Shown here: positions 49,601 to 64,000 of the stretch, piece after piece
How positions within the stretch are numbered: position 1 is the first letter of the stretch
Layout: every line of letters begins with the position of its first letter
DNA from: Trichinella spiralis
Lineage: Eukaryota
Length of the DNA: 64,000 nt
Assembly (NCBI RefSeq): GCF_000181795.1
Contig: NW_003526940.1
Span: 380,660 to 444,659, forward strand
Reading direction: 5' to 3'
Made by a program: the position numbers and the translations under genes
Notes under the pieces: generated by a model
What the model saw: the letters and a program-made list of their open reading frames with translations, nothing else
The model's database searches: none
What the model was told of the DNA's origin: nothing

Positions 49601-52600
49601 TTGGTATTTTCTATTTATGATTTTTTTACAAAATATGCTCCCTTTTAAATTTACAACTGACAGTTTACACTGTTTGCAAATAAAATACTAACGCAACTCT
49701 TAATATACATTTTCAATCACTGCTAATTAAAATAACAATGCCTTCTAGCAAAGCATTCTATTTAGCATCACATCCAATTTGTTTCCCATCATATAGTTCA
49801 TGTTGTATGTCAATACCAAACAAAAGTAAGACTATTTGAAATTCAATACATATTCATTAATGGATATTTTTTTAAATAGCTCTAGTAGCACTTAACTGGA
49901 AAAAAATTTCAATTTCTCAGACATCATAATCTGCATAGACACTATTGACAAACTAACTGCCAAGCACTGTTAACTTTCAATTGCTTAAGACAAACTTCTA
50001 TCATATTATTCAGTAAAATTATATATATGCATATATATATAGCAACAAGTGAAGCAAAGTAAATGAAATAAAAAATGGCAACTAAATTCAGTTGCTTAGT
50101 CATCACTTTACAGGCAAACATTAGCAACAAAAGCAGTGCAGTATTCTCATGGAAAATTATCTACTGTCGTCGCGTCTTCTGAAAAAAGACAAAAGCGTCA
50201 ACATCCTTTGGCTTTTGATGAAGCCGCCGTCGGACAAGCAACACCAATAGCAAAAGGTTGCATAATGTTTGCCTAATTTTTCAAGCTTTGAACAGTGAAA
50301 AACTTCTTTTGTCAAGCCAACAACAGCATCAACAGCAAACTGTTAGAAAAGCCGACTTGATTAGAGAAGCTTACGTTGTATGCAAATCTTCCCGCAGAAA
50401 ATTCAATTTAAATATTTGAAAGATTCCATGTGACAAAAGCATAAAAGTAATAGAAACAGTGCAGACAAAAGAATAAAGAAATTGGTATTCTTATTTGACA
50501 AACTTTAGCTATTTGGATTAACCCTTTCTGAATGACTGACTACTAAAAGCGACATGTGATGAAAAGGCTGCTTTTTCATAATTCACCGGCATAAATGATG
50601 TATTACATTAATTTTTTATTTCACAAAAGTGAATGCAAAAATATACAGAAAAAAAAAATTTTTTTCCTTAATTGTATTTCACGTGAAAAGTTTAGCATCA
50701 ACTTTTGATAAAACGTAAAAAAACAGCCGAATTAGAAATATGCTGCAAAACAATGCGTTTGGCTAATTTCTTCATATGAGCTGTATATTCTTCATACTTT
50801 TATATAAAACTGCGGATGAATATGTTTTTGAAATAGAGTTTTATAAAATTTATGGGAAAGTTACTTCAGACTGAAAATTTTCGATCTAAAAATGAAGCGA
50901 CCTTTCAGATGGAAAGTTTTTTTGCTTTTGCAACTGTCTCAGCTGTAAATATGCTTGAAAGTTGGTTTTGTAAAAAAAATTCAAACTAACAAGTCACACT
51001 GATCAGCTTTGTAATTTCTTTAAAGTAAATTATAACATAAAATTTATTAAATTTTTCACTACAAATGTATCCCAGAATTAAGTTTACATTGGTACTACTG
51101 GAATAATTTACAAAGATTTCATATAAATAAATTTGTATTAAAATGTAATAATAATTCATTGACAAAAGAATGCAATGTTAAAATGAAGATAATGTTATTA
51201 CAAAATTTCTCTTGAAAATGGCGTGCCCTTCTTGAAAAAAGCTTAAAAGCAAAAGAATGGAATTTTCAATCAAATAAATATTCCTTTTATAATAATCTAA
51301 GCAGACTTTTAATAAAAAAGGAAAACACAAATTTCATCACTGTAATTATATATATATATATGTGCATGTACTTTAGTGGAAGATGTTAACTAATTTTATA
51401 TAGCACTTTTTTCTCAAAACCAACACTTCACATGTTAGCGTTTCACTAAATGATGAATGAGAACTATCTAAGTAGTTTAAGCATTTGCATTTACAAAGTG
51501 TTACGAATGCATTGAAGATAAGAAACATAAAAAAGTTAAATTTTAGAAAATAGCAAAAAGTGAATTCAACAATTTGCAGTTACTTTTTCATTTATTTATA
51601 CATAATGTTAAATCTATAATTTTGGGAATGATGTATGGAAAAGTTGACCAACAAAAAAGGTATGCAAATTGCAAAAATAACAAACATTTCTAATAGCATG
51701 CTCACCTGCTTAATATAGCGAAACTTAAGATTCTTTTTCTCAAATACTGACCAATGAATAAAGAAATAAATGCTTTTAAATGAATTGACTTATAATACTT
51801 CAAATTTTTCATTTTTGCTTAACTGTTCGTGTGTTATACTCATCATTTGACATCGATCTTTTGCATCGTATTAAGTTTGTAAATCAAAGAATAAAAAAAG
51901 GCACAATAAAATAAAGCAAACTCTTCATTGAACAGTGAATGTAAAAATAATTAGTTGTTGCCAAATTTGATAAAAATATAATAATAGTAGAAAGCCTAAG
52001 TGTCATAACGGAGATTGATTTGCTCAAATACATAATGTTATGGCGTTCATGAAAATTTTTCAAAAGAACAACCTGCAGCACAAATTCAATGTGAAGCTAA
52101 CATTTTTGCCAAATATATATACATATATATTATTGCCAAGTAACTTTTGCTCAAAAAGCAAAGTTAATTTGGAATTAAGTTTAAGTTGATCCTTAAAACA
52201 TCTTTATCCAAACATCCGTTTTATCTTTTCATCTATAAACACAGGAATTGTAAATAATGAAACTATTAAATGATATTATGTAATTTTGAAAACAAAGAAA
52301 AAAAATAATGAATATTTCGCTAATCGTTAAAGCTCTTAATATAAAAATAATTTTGTATGGAGTAACAGAAAATACCTTGATTAAAGCTGACAGGGGCGCC
52401 GTGAGTAACTTCGCTGAATGGAACCCCGGTTTGCGTGTAGCGGACAAAGTTGAGCTCAGCCGGTGCGGTTTGGAACTGAAATGGATCCGCAGCAGCGGTA
52501 AGCGCAGGTCGAGCTGCCGAACCAGCACCAACCTGATGAAATGGATTATATCCGCTATGGGTAGGCGGCGTTGTGTGATGATGGTGGTGATGATGGTGTG

Positions 52601-53165
52601 GGTGATAAGAGGGGTACGGCCAAGTCTGTTGAGCCAGATTAGCGTACATGTCGATGGCGCTGGCGTTGTTAGTCGGAATAGACGCCCCGGCGCCAGTGGA
52701 AAAATCATACCCGCTTGGCCACATCTTCAAAGCGGAAGACTTGCGATCTGCATCCCGATTAGCTGCCTCATAATAGTAGGTCGGACTGACACGCACCGAG
52801 TTCTGGCCGAGCGCAAAAGCGCCGGGCGAATCAGCCGTAGCTGGATTCCAAGCATTACAACGGGATGCAATAGAAAAGCTAGACGGACACAGTGCTGTTG
52901 GACTGGTCATCACAGACGCCTGGCTGCTGTTTACCAGTTTAGGAGTGGCTGGTGAAATAGCATCGAACAGCAACTGTTGTGATTTGCAATTCAAGGCAGT
53001 GCTGTTGTTACTGTTATTGTTGTTGTTGTCATTATTGCTACTACTAGTGTTGGTGTTGGTGTTGGTGCTGGTGCTGGCATTTGTGGAGGTGGTTGTGGTG
53101 ATGATGATGCCGTTGTTGCTATTAAACGGATGCATAAATGCGGGATTCATGGCGATAGAAAGCAT
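46672..53165 (-). CDS. Abd-B: Posterior Hox protein Abd-B/php-3 type, about 359 aa; exons 53165-52376 and 46961-46672
   Basis: [59 protein letters not shown]. The phase-1 donor CAAG|GTATTT is compatible with acceptor CTGAAG|AT. Exon 1 has poly-T/N and poly-H tracts. The start could be 53150 instead. Confidence 0.93.
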
Positions 53166-56100
53166 GGAAAACGTGACGGTATACGGCTGAACGCGCACAA
53201 TTTCGCGCGCCGCAGCCAAGAGCTAACCGAAACAAGTCTGATTGGCCAGCAGATCGACCGCTTGACAACACTGTAACAGACATGTTGAATTAAAGATGCG
53301 TCGGAATTGAAAAATCAATTGTCCCGCCCATTCGTGGTCGCACCACTCAGACTGCTGGCAAGACGACTGAAGCGCCCCCGAGTACATCGAAGGCCGAACG
53401 AGTTTACTGTAATCATGGCGGCATCTTTTGTTCTTGATCACGTGATCAGGTGAATCTCGCCTGTTAGTGGTTGTGTGGGACACTTCACCTTATTGGAGCG
53501 TGCAAGGTGCCACCAAGCGATTTTTTGAAAAAAAAATCAAAAAAAAGAGAAAACAGGAGCGGCACAGATGGTTGTAATTGAATAAAAAAATAGAAAGGAG
53601 AAGTAAACAAACGGCAACAAACAAGTCTATATCTGAATAATGAGAATAAATATACTTGGGATAAATAAATAAATAAATAAATAAACTTTATTTCAAACGC
53701 ATCAGTGTGCAATGGTTTCAATGATGAAAGAAAAAAGAAAAACTACTCCACTATGAGACAGGCGTTTTCTGTGTTCGTACGTCGACGACATTTTCAAAAC
53801 AGGCGGCTCTTGATAACGACGTTGTCGAATCTTCACGCGGCAGTTTATCTGTCAGCGGACTGATGCAACGGACAAGTTGGCCGCCTTTGATCTTGCCGCC
53901 CTGCATACTTTTCAACTCACTAACAACAGCTTGCCGCCGGCCCGCACCCACTAAATATCCAAGCGGCTGTGGTTTGCATGTTTTTCGAGCTTATATATAT
54001 TCATGTATACACATCTACATGCCTCCTCGCTCATATGCATACATGCAGATATATTATTTCATGTGATTACTTCAAAAAGTGACAAATTACTCATTATTTA
54101 CTCTTTTTCTATATTTCTTTATTTATTTGTTTACTTCTTATTTTTTTAATTTTATAAAAATTAATTGCATCTTTTGATTCGGAGTTTGAGTAATGCTTTT
54201 CAATTGCTTTTTTGCTCAATCAATATATTTAATCGAAAATTGCCTATTTGGTAGATATTTTTAAAAAAAGCAAGAACAACAATCACAAAAAAATAAATTT
54301 CCATTCAACTTGGTAGTTACTTTTAGATTCACTTTTTTATATTTTTACGATAAATGTAAAATTAGCATTCTAATTTATAAAACAGTCTAATTTTTTTGAA
54401 TGAATTTAGGATATATATATATATATATACTGATTGTATAAATATCTTTTTAAAATAATTTCTTTTACAATTAATAAATTTAAAAGTACTTATAAATTTG
54501 AATATTGGAATAAAATGACAATTTAGTGCTCTGTGTTATGATCTTATCTATATTACGTATGTATATGTAAACAATTGATTTTTAATAAGACAAGAGAGCA
54601 GTACTATGATAATACGAAACATTAATATTGTTTAAATGAGCATAATTTTCTTTGTTATTTTAAAAATAAAGTTGAAATTTAAAAATACTTCATACTATCC
54701 AGTAAATTTCATAGCAAAAGTTAAATAATCTATTAAAATTCGAAATTGCAAATGTTCAATGGTACTAATGAGATTTGCTTCTTTAAAGGCAAAGGAGGAG
54801 CATAAGAATGCAGGAGTGAGCAATGAATTTTTAAAGTATGAATAAACATGTATTTTTTTAATCTATTATAACTTCGTTATGCTCATTTGCTTTTTTCGCT
54901 TTCTTCATTTTTGATCAATCATTTATATGCATAAAATTTAAATTTATTAAAATGTTTCTCGTGATGTATAAATAAATTTCCGCATTATATTTTAACTTTT
55001 GGTTAGTATTATTTAGTAATAATTTATTAGCAATAACTATTGCAATGTGATTTATAAATGCATATTAAGTTTATAAAATGATAAACTTAAAAAAAAGTAG
55101 ACAGTAAAAACGGAACCTTGACTTTTTCAAAGATATCTGTTAAACAAAATTTTATTAAGTAAATTATGAATAAGCATTATATAATAGTTATGTATTTAAT
55201 AGTTGTTCATTCAATTAAGCAAGGAATAGCTATTATTATTGTTCCAATTTGATTGTCTGTAATTTAGTTAGTGGACAGATATTTATAAAAAAAATTAACT
55301 AGCTATCCATAATTCATTATAATTAATAAAGAAAACAAAATAAAGGTAATATTATTAAAGAATTTTGCTAGAGTTGAATGCAAAAATTCATTAAATGCAA
55401 TGGTTTAGTGAGCATGAAATTTTTTTGTGAAATTAGAGGAGCAAAATATGAATGCACTGTTTTACTTAAATAAGTATTTATATTAAAAAAACAATTTTGT
55501 ATTTTAAATCTTTCTTTTCTGCCAATTAATTGTGATATTATTTTATATGTCCATATGTTTCACATCTGATTTCATTCTAATTTCTGATTCACATGTCATA
55601 GCTGATTTTTTATATATAAAAGTGTTCTTGCAGCAGCTAAATCATGCTTTCAGTCTACTCGAAGTTCATGTAATAAATTTTTAACGTACTACTGCAAACG
55701 TAGGCCATTTTCTTTGCATTTCAACTAAAGTAAGGAACATCTTATGACAAATGATCTTTATATATGAAATTTAATAAGTACTGAATGGCTGTGAAAATGA
55801 TAAAATTGTATATTTTCAAAAATATAAGTAAATTCAGCATATTAAATTTGAGCAATTGAAAAGTAGTAAATTGTATCAGTCAAAATGCCTTCTAAATGCA
55901 AAAATTTACAAAACGAAAAAACTGACTGAATGCTTTTTGTTTAATTTATGAAGGATGTAAAATTAAACACATGATTTTTTTATCCTTCTAAATGAAAGAA
56001 ATTCTTTTTCTCAACCTTACAAAATGTCATTTAAAATTTCAAAATAATTTGCCAGAAATCACCTAACAGCTCTTCATCACTTACAGCTTATGTATGTATG

Positions 56101-59100
56101 TACATATCTATATGCGGTTGTGATGTTTATATGAAACAATGGTTAATATATTCACGAATTAAATTTTAAAACAACTACTGTGAAAAATAAATGTAATTTT
56201 GCACAGTATTTATTAAAACAAAATTTTCGACAAATTCCTCTTTCGATCATAATCAACTACATCATGGTTATTTACGGTGGTAAAAGGCAGTTTCTTTTTT
56301 CTGCAAATTCAAACGTATCATCAGGTTACGGTGAGTTGTTTTATTTTATTGGTCAGGCAACCTTTTGTATGCAATAAGAAATAACGAACACTCTGTCTTT
56401 TTGTTCTTGGATGGTGCCAAGCAGAGTTTTACCTGTTTTTTTCACCAAATAATGCTGACTTCCTTTTAAAGAAAAAATTTTAAAGAATTTCGGTCAGAAA
56501 ATAAACATACAGGCTGCTGTTAAATCAAAATAACTTTGTTGAATTTTTTACTTAAAATTAAAAATTAACATTACTTCCAAACACGATAAAGACAGTTGAT
56601 CTTTTTAGACTTAGACTTTTGAAACTGAATGACTAGACTTTTCCAATCAAAAAATAAATATTATGCTGTAAAGATCCACTAAACATCATCACATATAAAA
56701 CATGATTATCATAAGCTTTTACTGCATAATAGCAGTAAGTTGGACGTTCTACTTTACCTCAAGTTTTATGAAAATAAAATTTAAACAACAAAATGCAGTC
56801 CCCTTTATAAAAATACTGTATTTTTTACTTGCTAAATTCATACTGTTTTCAGACATTATTATGCTTTGGCCATGGTAAAAAATTTTGAAATGCACTTCAA
56901 AGAATCAATGCATGAGGCAATAGTTCTTACAATGTGTTGTTAAAATTCCTCATAGTGATAACAATTTACATACACAATTTAATTGCTCGACTATAACTTA
57001 TGATTTAACTTCGTTTATTCGCGTCATATTTTGCAAGAAATGAAACATTTTGTTGAAAATAATTGCACTTGCAAACTTTGTGGTAAACACAAGACATAGA
57101 TTCTAATCCACATTTTCCCATGCAGTGGAAGTGAATTCTATAGTAATGCATGGAAGTATTTAAATTTCTAAAGAGAAAGCGATCCCACAAAACTTAATTT
57201 CACTTATCAATTAAGTTACATCACTGAAAATTCTCTTTGCTAATAACATTGCATTGCAATGCGGATGGGCAGTAAAGTTAAAAAATAAACAGTTGCATCC
57301 TGTGTTTCCTCTTCACTTAAGTTTGCTTTACATTTTATTAGTGGAAATAGCTTTGCATTTTATTAAAAATTCACGGAACTTTGTACAAACATATAACAAT
57401 AATTAGTTTAAACTAAACAGAAAATTGTAGTAAAAATAAGCATAAAACCTCAAATTACCAAAACTGTACTTAACTTCATTATAACAGCATGTTTTATTTT
57501 ACCTTAAACTGAAAGTTGATTGCATTGCTAACCTACTCTGAAAATGCGTTTTTAAGATACCACGGTTGACAAATCATGCAAAATCATTATCTTGTTAGTT
57601 AATGACATGTTCACAGTAAGGTAATACGTTAAGCAATAAAGTAACTGAAACGTCTGTTTTTATTTTAAGCTTAAACCTACTTTTGGAGATGTATATGCTT
57701 TCCATTATTAAATGTAATTTGTAGTTGTGCATCACTACAGTGAAAAATAAAAGTGAATATATTCAAAAATGAAGTCTCTAATTATTATTAATAAAATAAA
57801 ATGTGTAAATACTAAAAACGACATTTCAGTGGAAAATGATAAACATTAGCAACAAATGAAACAGGAACCGACAAATGAAGTCTGTATCTAGCTTTCAAAT
57901 CATTGCTGTTTCTATTTTGTTTTGTTTTGTTTTGTTTTCGTCCTGATGTTCAGAAGTTCCGCAAGACCACACGAAAGCGACCCTAAAACATTTTACAACC
58001 GTTATACCAATACCAGGACAATGTAAACAAGTCCACCGTTTCAGTTACAGTAGACTTTACTGTTGCCCAGTAAAGGGGAAGTTTTCATGAGAGGTAAATC
58101 AATCTAGGTCATCAATTGTTGCAAAGAAACGACCACCGGCATCGTCGGCGTTTTCAAGTAAAAGATAACGGTACCCAAGGTGAAGGGCATTTTAGGATTC
58201 GGCAGACCCTAAACACTGACCTCAGGTAAATTATGCGGGTTAACAACTGTGCATTTTCACACGCTACGAAAGATGTTAGTGATTGTATTGAAAAGTTGAA
58301 CAACCGTCACGAGAATGCAACGTTATCAAAGCCACTGGAAAAATCATTAGATCACTTTTGAAATATACAATTCATTTAATTTAATTTAATTTTGCATTAT
58401 TACATAATATATTATGTTACTTTCTTTTTATAATAAATGGATAGATAACTAACATCTGATTTTGTTTTTATTTTATCGAATAATAAATACATCATTATCA
58501 AGCACAGTATTCCAATGTGTAATTCGATAAATGTAATTCGCAGACTCCACCTTATTAAAATTGCATTAACTACAATATTTTCTGAAATAGCAAGTTTTTT
58601 CCGTTATCATGTGTTGTTTATTGCTTGCATGTAAATTGCGATTAAATAAAGATGCGCATATAGATATATGTACGCAGTAATAATATAAATACATATAATA
58701 AAATGATAATCTCAAAACCAAGTAAAAGAAAATGTGCATAAACAAATTTTCATTTATGTTTTAAATAATTATTGTCCTTGATTTTGCAATAAATTACTTT
58801 TAACTGCATTCAAACCCAAATTATTTAACAAACGGTTTTACTTTTCGAACTGTGCATACTATATGTAAAATATTCATGTACTATACTAAAAATCTGTTCA
58901 ATATCATATAAGTATTTTGTAACATTTTGTCAATATGTATTTTAATATTGCAAAAATCATAGAAGTTGCGTTTTCTAATCAAGAACTATCACGATGCTCA
59001 CAGGTGAAATAACGATATCTGTATTAATTAGTAAGAACACTGTTCTAACGAACAATTTATTAACCAAACGCTAAAAGCTGTTCAGCTTGAAATAAACTTT

Positions 59101-61761
59101 AATTATTAAACAAAAATTAAAGATAGTAATCTATTGAGCAATGTTAAATTAGTAAACAAAAATATATGAAAAGAAACCAATTCATTACCTATGACTGATC
59201 GTAAATTTTTACATGAAAGCTACATTGTTTTAATGATCAGTGTGTTGTTAGATATCTTTATAAAAAAAATCAGGCCATCTGTAATGAAGAATGATTTTAT
59301 CTAGGGAATTGTTTTGCTTTAGGCATAAATCAAAGCATGTTATAATCTTGCCTGTTATCTAAGAAATTAATTATATAAATAAGCTTGAAACGAAACACTT
59401 TTCGAATAGCATAAATATATAAAATTGCATCAAATGAATTTGAATAATGATTTATTTATTGATTACATTTTTCAGTTTATTAATTAATTAATTTATATGA
59501 CTGATCAAACAAAGATAGCGAATATTTTTTCAAATACAAATTGCACTGCCGAATTGGAAAAGATGTAAAAATTAGATGAGCCCATTTTTCCGCATGCAAA
59601 ACATGGCTTTTCAATGGATAATAAAACAATCGAATGTTCAGTTGGTGTTGTTCAAGCAGCGGCTGAAAAACGGCCCCGACATCCGGGCAGCTGACACCGG
59701 ATAGACTGGCATCATCATCAGCTGATCGTTGCAAGTGTTTGAAGAGACTTTTCAAAGAGAACCATTAGCGGCTTGATCACAAACAATAAACATCCAAACG
59801 GCGTCAGATGTGAAAAGTATTTCGCCGTCCAGACTGCAAAATTACCATATAGTTAGGCAACAACAACCATAAAGAAAACAAATTCCTCACAACAACTGCA
59901 TTTTTCAATTAACGCATCATCTTACTGTTGATATAATTTATTCACATATTATTATTATCTGTTTATTACAAATTTGATGTAATTATACATTTCATATAAA
60001 TAGATATAGAAATTTATTTCAATAAAAAATAGTTATTAAAAAGAAAAAAACGAATCATTTTGTAATGTGATATTTACAAAACAAATATGAATTGTGCATA
60101 TATGTTGAAGAAAGAATTCATAACAGCACTTACAATAGAGCAATCAATAAAGAATATCAGATAAGAAACTTCCGTTTCTTAGATAAAAATCTTTATAAAG
60201 CAATAAAAATTCTTTAAAACATCGGATAATTGCCATATTAGGTCAGATTAGATAGTTTATTGAAAAATGAACGATATTTATTCTTAAACATTTTACGCTT
60301 AAATATTTCACAACAATAACAAAACTAATTTTAAATTAATTTAACAGTACATTTCATTATCTAATTTTTTCAGTTAAGTACATAAAATATTAGTATGAAC
60401 ATTTTGATTAACATATTTGAGTATCAGATCATGGGCAATTTGAGATGAAAAAAATTAAATAAATCATTTAGAATAACCGCAAATTGAAACATTGAAGCAT
60501 TATTTGAAATTTACAACTCGCAAAATGGAGATGACGGTATTTTCAATTTTCAGATTGTAAATACATGAATAAGCGTCAATGAGTCGTAAAGAAGTAAACA
60601 GTATAAGGAAGCAGCCAAGAGGTCAAATGAGGGAAGTCGAATGCGTTTATGAAAAGATACTTTAAGATTTTTATATACCTTACCCAGAAGCTGTTGCTTA
60701 ATGGTCCATTTTACGAGAAAGTCTTTTACAAATATCCTGTTTTATAATACCATTTCTCAGTTGATGCTATTTCATGCAGTGAATTGCGCGACATTGCATC
60801 GTTTTGACATGTTGCAATTTTTCCAACGACCCTCATTTTAATGTTCCATCAGTGTGACATTGACTATAACATATTAAGATGACTATTATTTTAAAAGATA
60901 CAATTTTATGCGAAAAAGTTTTTTCACAAAAGTAATAAAGTATTACTTGACAATGTAAAAATAAATTTTAAAACAAGATTTCATTTCATATTAACATTAA
61001 TTTGCCTGGATTTACCGCTTTGATTTCAATATAAAATAAGCATTAATAATTAAGTACATCAATTAAAATGCAAATAAAAATGCATCGAGATGACATAAAC
61101 GAACAAATTAATTTATTCAAATAAAAAGTAAACGAAAGTAGATATCATAAAATTAGCATAAAATGCACACAGGTACACGGATAGAATCTGGGGCATTTCA
61201 AAAAATGCACATATTTAAAACAGGCAAAATCGGTCAATGATTGCATTTGGAAATGATAACATTTTAAATTTCATTTAGCGTTTAGCATGAAAATAATTTA
61301 AAATATTTTTATTTATTAAGAATATTTATATTTGAAAATATGGGTCATTAATTGTACTTGTTTTTAATTTACTTTTTTGTTCAACTCATCGCTATGTCAG
61401 TTTCACTGTTTATAAAATTTACATTTATAAATTTAGTTTGAAAAGTAATAGGATTTTTAAAATTAAAATTTAATTTCAATTATGTTTGTAAGTATTACAG
61501 TTAATTCAAATAACTCGCATAATTTTCTAAATAATCGTGCTGCTTTGGCTACAGTTAGATTTATAATTGTTCACTTTATGCATACAATTTGCAATTATTC
61601 TGCATACAAGGTCAAGAATTTAATAAATTACTTTTACTAATGATTGATGAACCAAAATCATCAATAGTCATTACGAAACCATTGCAGTTAAATAGATAAA
61701 ACATAAGCTAAAGCGATCAAGTATACAAGTATCAAGTACAAGTAAAAATTAAACGCATTTT

Positions 61762-62061
61762 TCATTTAGAAATCTCATCATTCGGAACTTCGTTTGGCGG
61801 CATATTTTCATCACCGTTGTTGTTCACCGGTTCCAGGACTTTCTTGCGACGAAACAGGATAACATGCGGCTCCGGATTGAAGATCATGTAGTGCTCCCAT
61901 CCGCGGCTTTGTTGGATCCCGATTCGGCGCCATTCACTTTCCGTCATCAGTCGACCACGGGGCACTAGGCGAACGAGTGATTTCGGCAAGTGGACATGAC
62001 GGTATTCATATCCTTTCTCGTCTTCATACTTTTCTGAATAGTATATTTCCCGGCTGACCAT
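61762..62061 (-). CDS. cks-1: Cyclin-dependent kinase regulatory subunit Cks1, 99 aa, single coding exon
   Basis: IYYSEKYEDEKGYEYRHVHLPK..LMTESEWRRIGIQQSRGWEHYM..PEPHVILFRR. Acceptor GCTTTAG lies just upstream of ATG 62061. Confidence 0.95.
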   Translation of the reverse strand: MVSREIYYSEKYEDEKGYEYRHVHLPKSLVRLVPRGRLMTESEWRRIGIQQSRGWEHYMIFNPEPHVILFRRKKVLEPVNNNGDENMPPNEVPNDEISK

Positions 62062-62601
62062 GTTTGGAAGAGCAAGTCTAAAGCAAGACAATTGAAAACA
62101 AATATACATATGCAGCCCCATACACAACAGTGTCAAGGTCCGAAATTATTTTTAAATAATAAGTTATTTTTAGTATGTTTTATGAAATGAAATTAATAAA
62201 ACAAATAAAAACAAAACAGACCAAAGTATTAATTTGCAAACAGAATAGTCAAAAGCAATACTAAAGTTGCGAATTTAAAACCAACTCCAGATTCTATATA
62301 AAAACACTCAACTCACAGCAAGAGGCACTTCTCTTTCTTCAAATAAACAAAAACAGGTGAAATGAATACAAAATTCAACACTTTAAAGTTCAACAATTTT
62401 AGTTTAAATTTAAAATAACTGAAATAAATGCATTTTTAATTAAATACTTTAAAGGTTTTAGCCTAACATTAATACATAAAAATGAAATAAATATATAGAA
62501 AGAATAACACGCTACCTGAAAGAGCGACAGGCGCACACAACAACAGCTCAAGGACTCGAGTGAAACAACAGAGAGAAGTCATACAACTTAATGAGCAGCA
62601 A

Positions 62602-62611
62602 TTTTCCCGCC
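62602..62611 (+). promoter_or_regulatory. Candidate E2F site upstream of Cks1
   Basis: TTTTCCCGCC about 90 bp beyond a putative 5'UTR exon donor near 62515; fits a cell-cycle gene. Confidence 0.4.
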
Positions 62612-64000
62612 TTCTGTGACCTACCAAATGCTTTGTTTTCTGACCTAGAGTTATGTTTCAAGGATGAAGTAATCTATAACATAGAAATATATATTTATTT
62701 TAAAATATTTTGCATATTTTAAAATAAATATTATAATTTAATCAGTTTAGATTTTATCTATTAATTTAAATAAAAGTATTAGGATACTGTAACTGACATT
62801 TTAAAAGATTAGACAATTAATTTTTGAAATTAAACAGTTAGTGCATAAAATTAAATAAAAATTTAAATATAATTTTATTTTTATTGTAAAATATTTATAT
62901 TGGCATATTTATTTATTTATTTCAAAATACAATACACTACAGTATAAATGTAAAAATCAAGTAACTTTATCTGTAAGCTGTGATCAAATTATAACTTTGA
63001 TCTAAGATGCAGATTTTAAATTCTAGTTTACTTTCTTGGCGAAACTTTTTCAGTGTAATTAATTATATTAATGTACAATTACATTTCTTTCTTGCAATTA
63101 AAATGTTGCAAATGTATTTTGGCTACTCTGAACAGTCTGAAGCTGGCATTTCTGTGCGAATATGTAGTTCAGGGTCAACTTTTAGATGAAAGTTCAAAAC
63201 AGACATCTGATTGCTAACAACTGTTGACCTAACAGCTGTTGAATTCATAATCAATTTTTTCGCCAGCGGGTGAAGTCCATTGTAACTTGGATAGTGGGAA
63301 GCAACTGGTATTGAATGTTAGACAGCCTTACAGCAGGCTGCATTTGTAGCACTTGCTGTAGTTTGGCAGGATTGGAAAACAGCAACTACTGTTTATTTTT
63401 TCTTTATAGGTTAATTGAATAGGTCGAATTTCGAACCAGTGTTGTTATATCTGGAAAAGAGGCAGTAACAAGTTTTGCCGTTATCTGCCGACAGAATAAT
63501 ATCTTGTAATTTATAGGAATGTTTATGTCGCTTTTAATAATGTTTTAAGATTTAATATTTGAATATCACTGGTTAAGTGCATCAACTTTATACTCAATAA
63601 AGAACAATTTTGTCGAATCGATGAACCGCTAAATAAGTTAATAGTTTATATTGAATTACGACATCCCCAAACAAAAAACGTCAAATTAGTCTGATTTTAA
63701 TAAAATGGATTAGATAAATTGTGCACAAAATGTTGTTGAATCAAAAAAAAACAATTATTACTTCAAATTACAAATAAAGAACGTATCATTATGACAGATA
63801 TTATTGCATTTAAATTTGGCACTCCTTTACCGTCACTGCAGTTTGACAAAACCACTGATGAGATTTGACAGTCACTTCAATAATAAATTATACTTTCAAA
63901 ATGCTAATAATACAAGAAACGGTAAAAAAGAATACACTGCTAATGTAACGTGAAATAAATAATACATGGAAATTAATTTTCCATCCTTAAACAGTACGCT

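Noticed and set aside
52308..53190. Plus-strand ORFs of 215 and 81 aa
   Set aside because: Antisense shadows of the GC-rich Abd-B exon 1.
54411..54429. (AT)n and other microsatellites (49222-49241; TTTTG repeats at 57915-57938)
   Set aside because: Ordinary simple repeats in AT-rich DNA.
63120..63500. GC-richer block with short open frames
   Set aside because: No recognisable protein or consistent splice structure.

Overview
AT-rich eukaryotic genomic DNA with short GT-AG introns. It is most likely a clade I nematode such as Trichinella; this is inferred from the MSP-domain gene, the non-catalytic tandem trypsin gene and the TE content, and was not verified. The left half (1-35 kb) is transposon-rich. 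It holds two decayed MULE/Mutator transposases, one inside a full-length element nested in the right TIR of a related MITE with both TSDs intact. It also has three related solo-LTR-like repeats, a hAT remnant, and a Copia element (LTRs, TSD, PBS) interrupted by a hAT-ended insert carrying a piggyBac transposase fragment. Host genes are a TACC-family gene with a duplicated Aurora-A motif, an MSP-domain gene, a small acidic 3-exon gene, a secreted two-domain trypsin-like pseudo-protease, a divergent Sin3 corepressor, an isolated posterior Hox gene (Abd-B/php-3 type, 5.4-kb intron) and Cks1. There is one assembly gap at 16806-17291. No rRNA, tRNA or CRISPR was seen. All exon models and alignments were made by eye.
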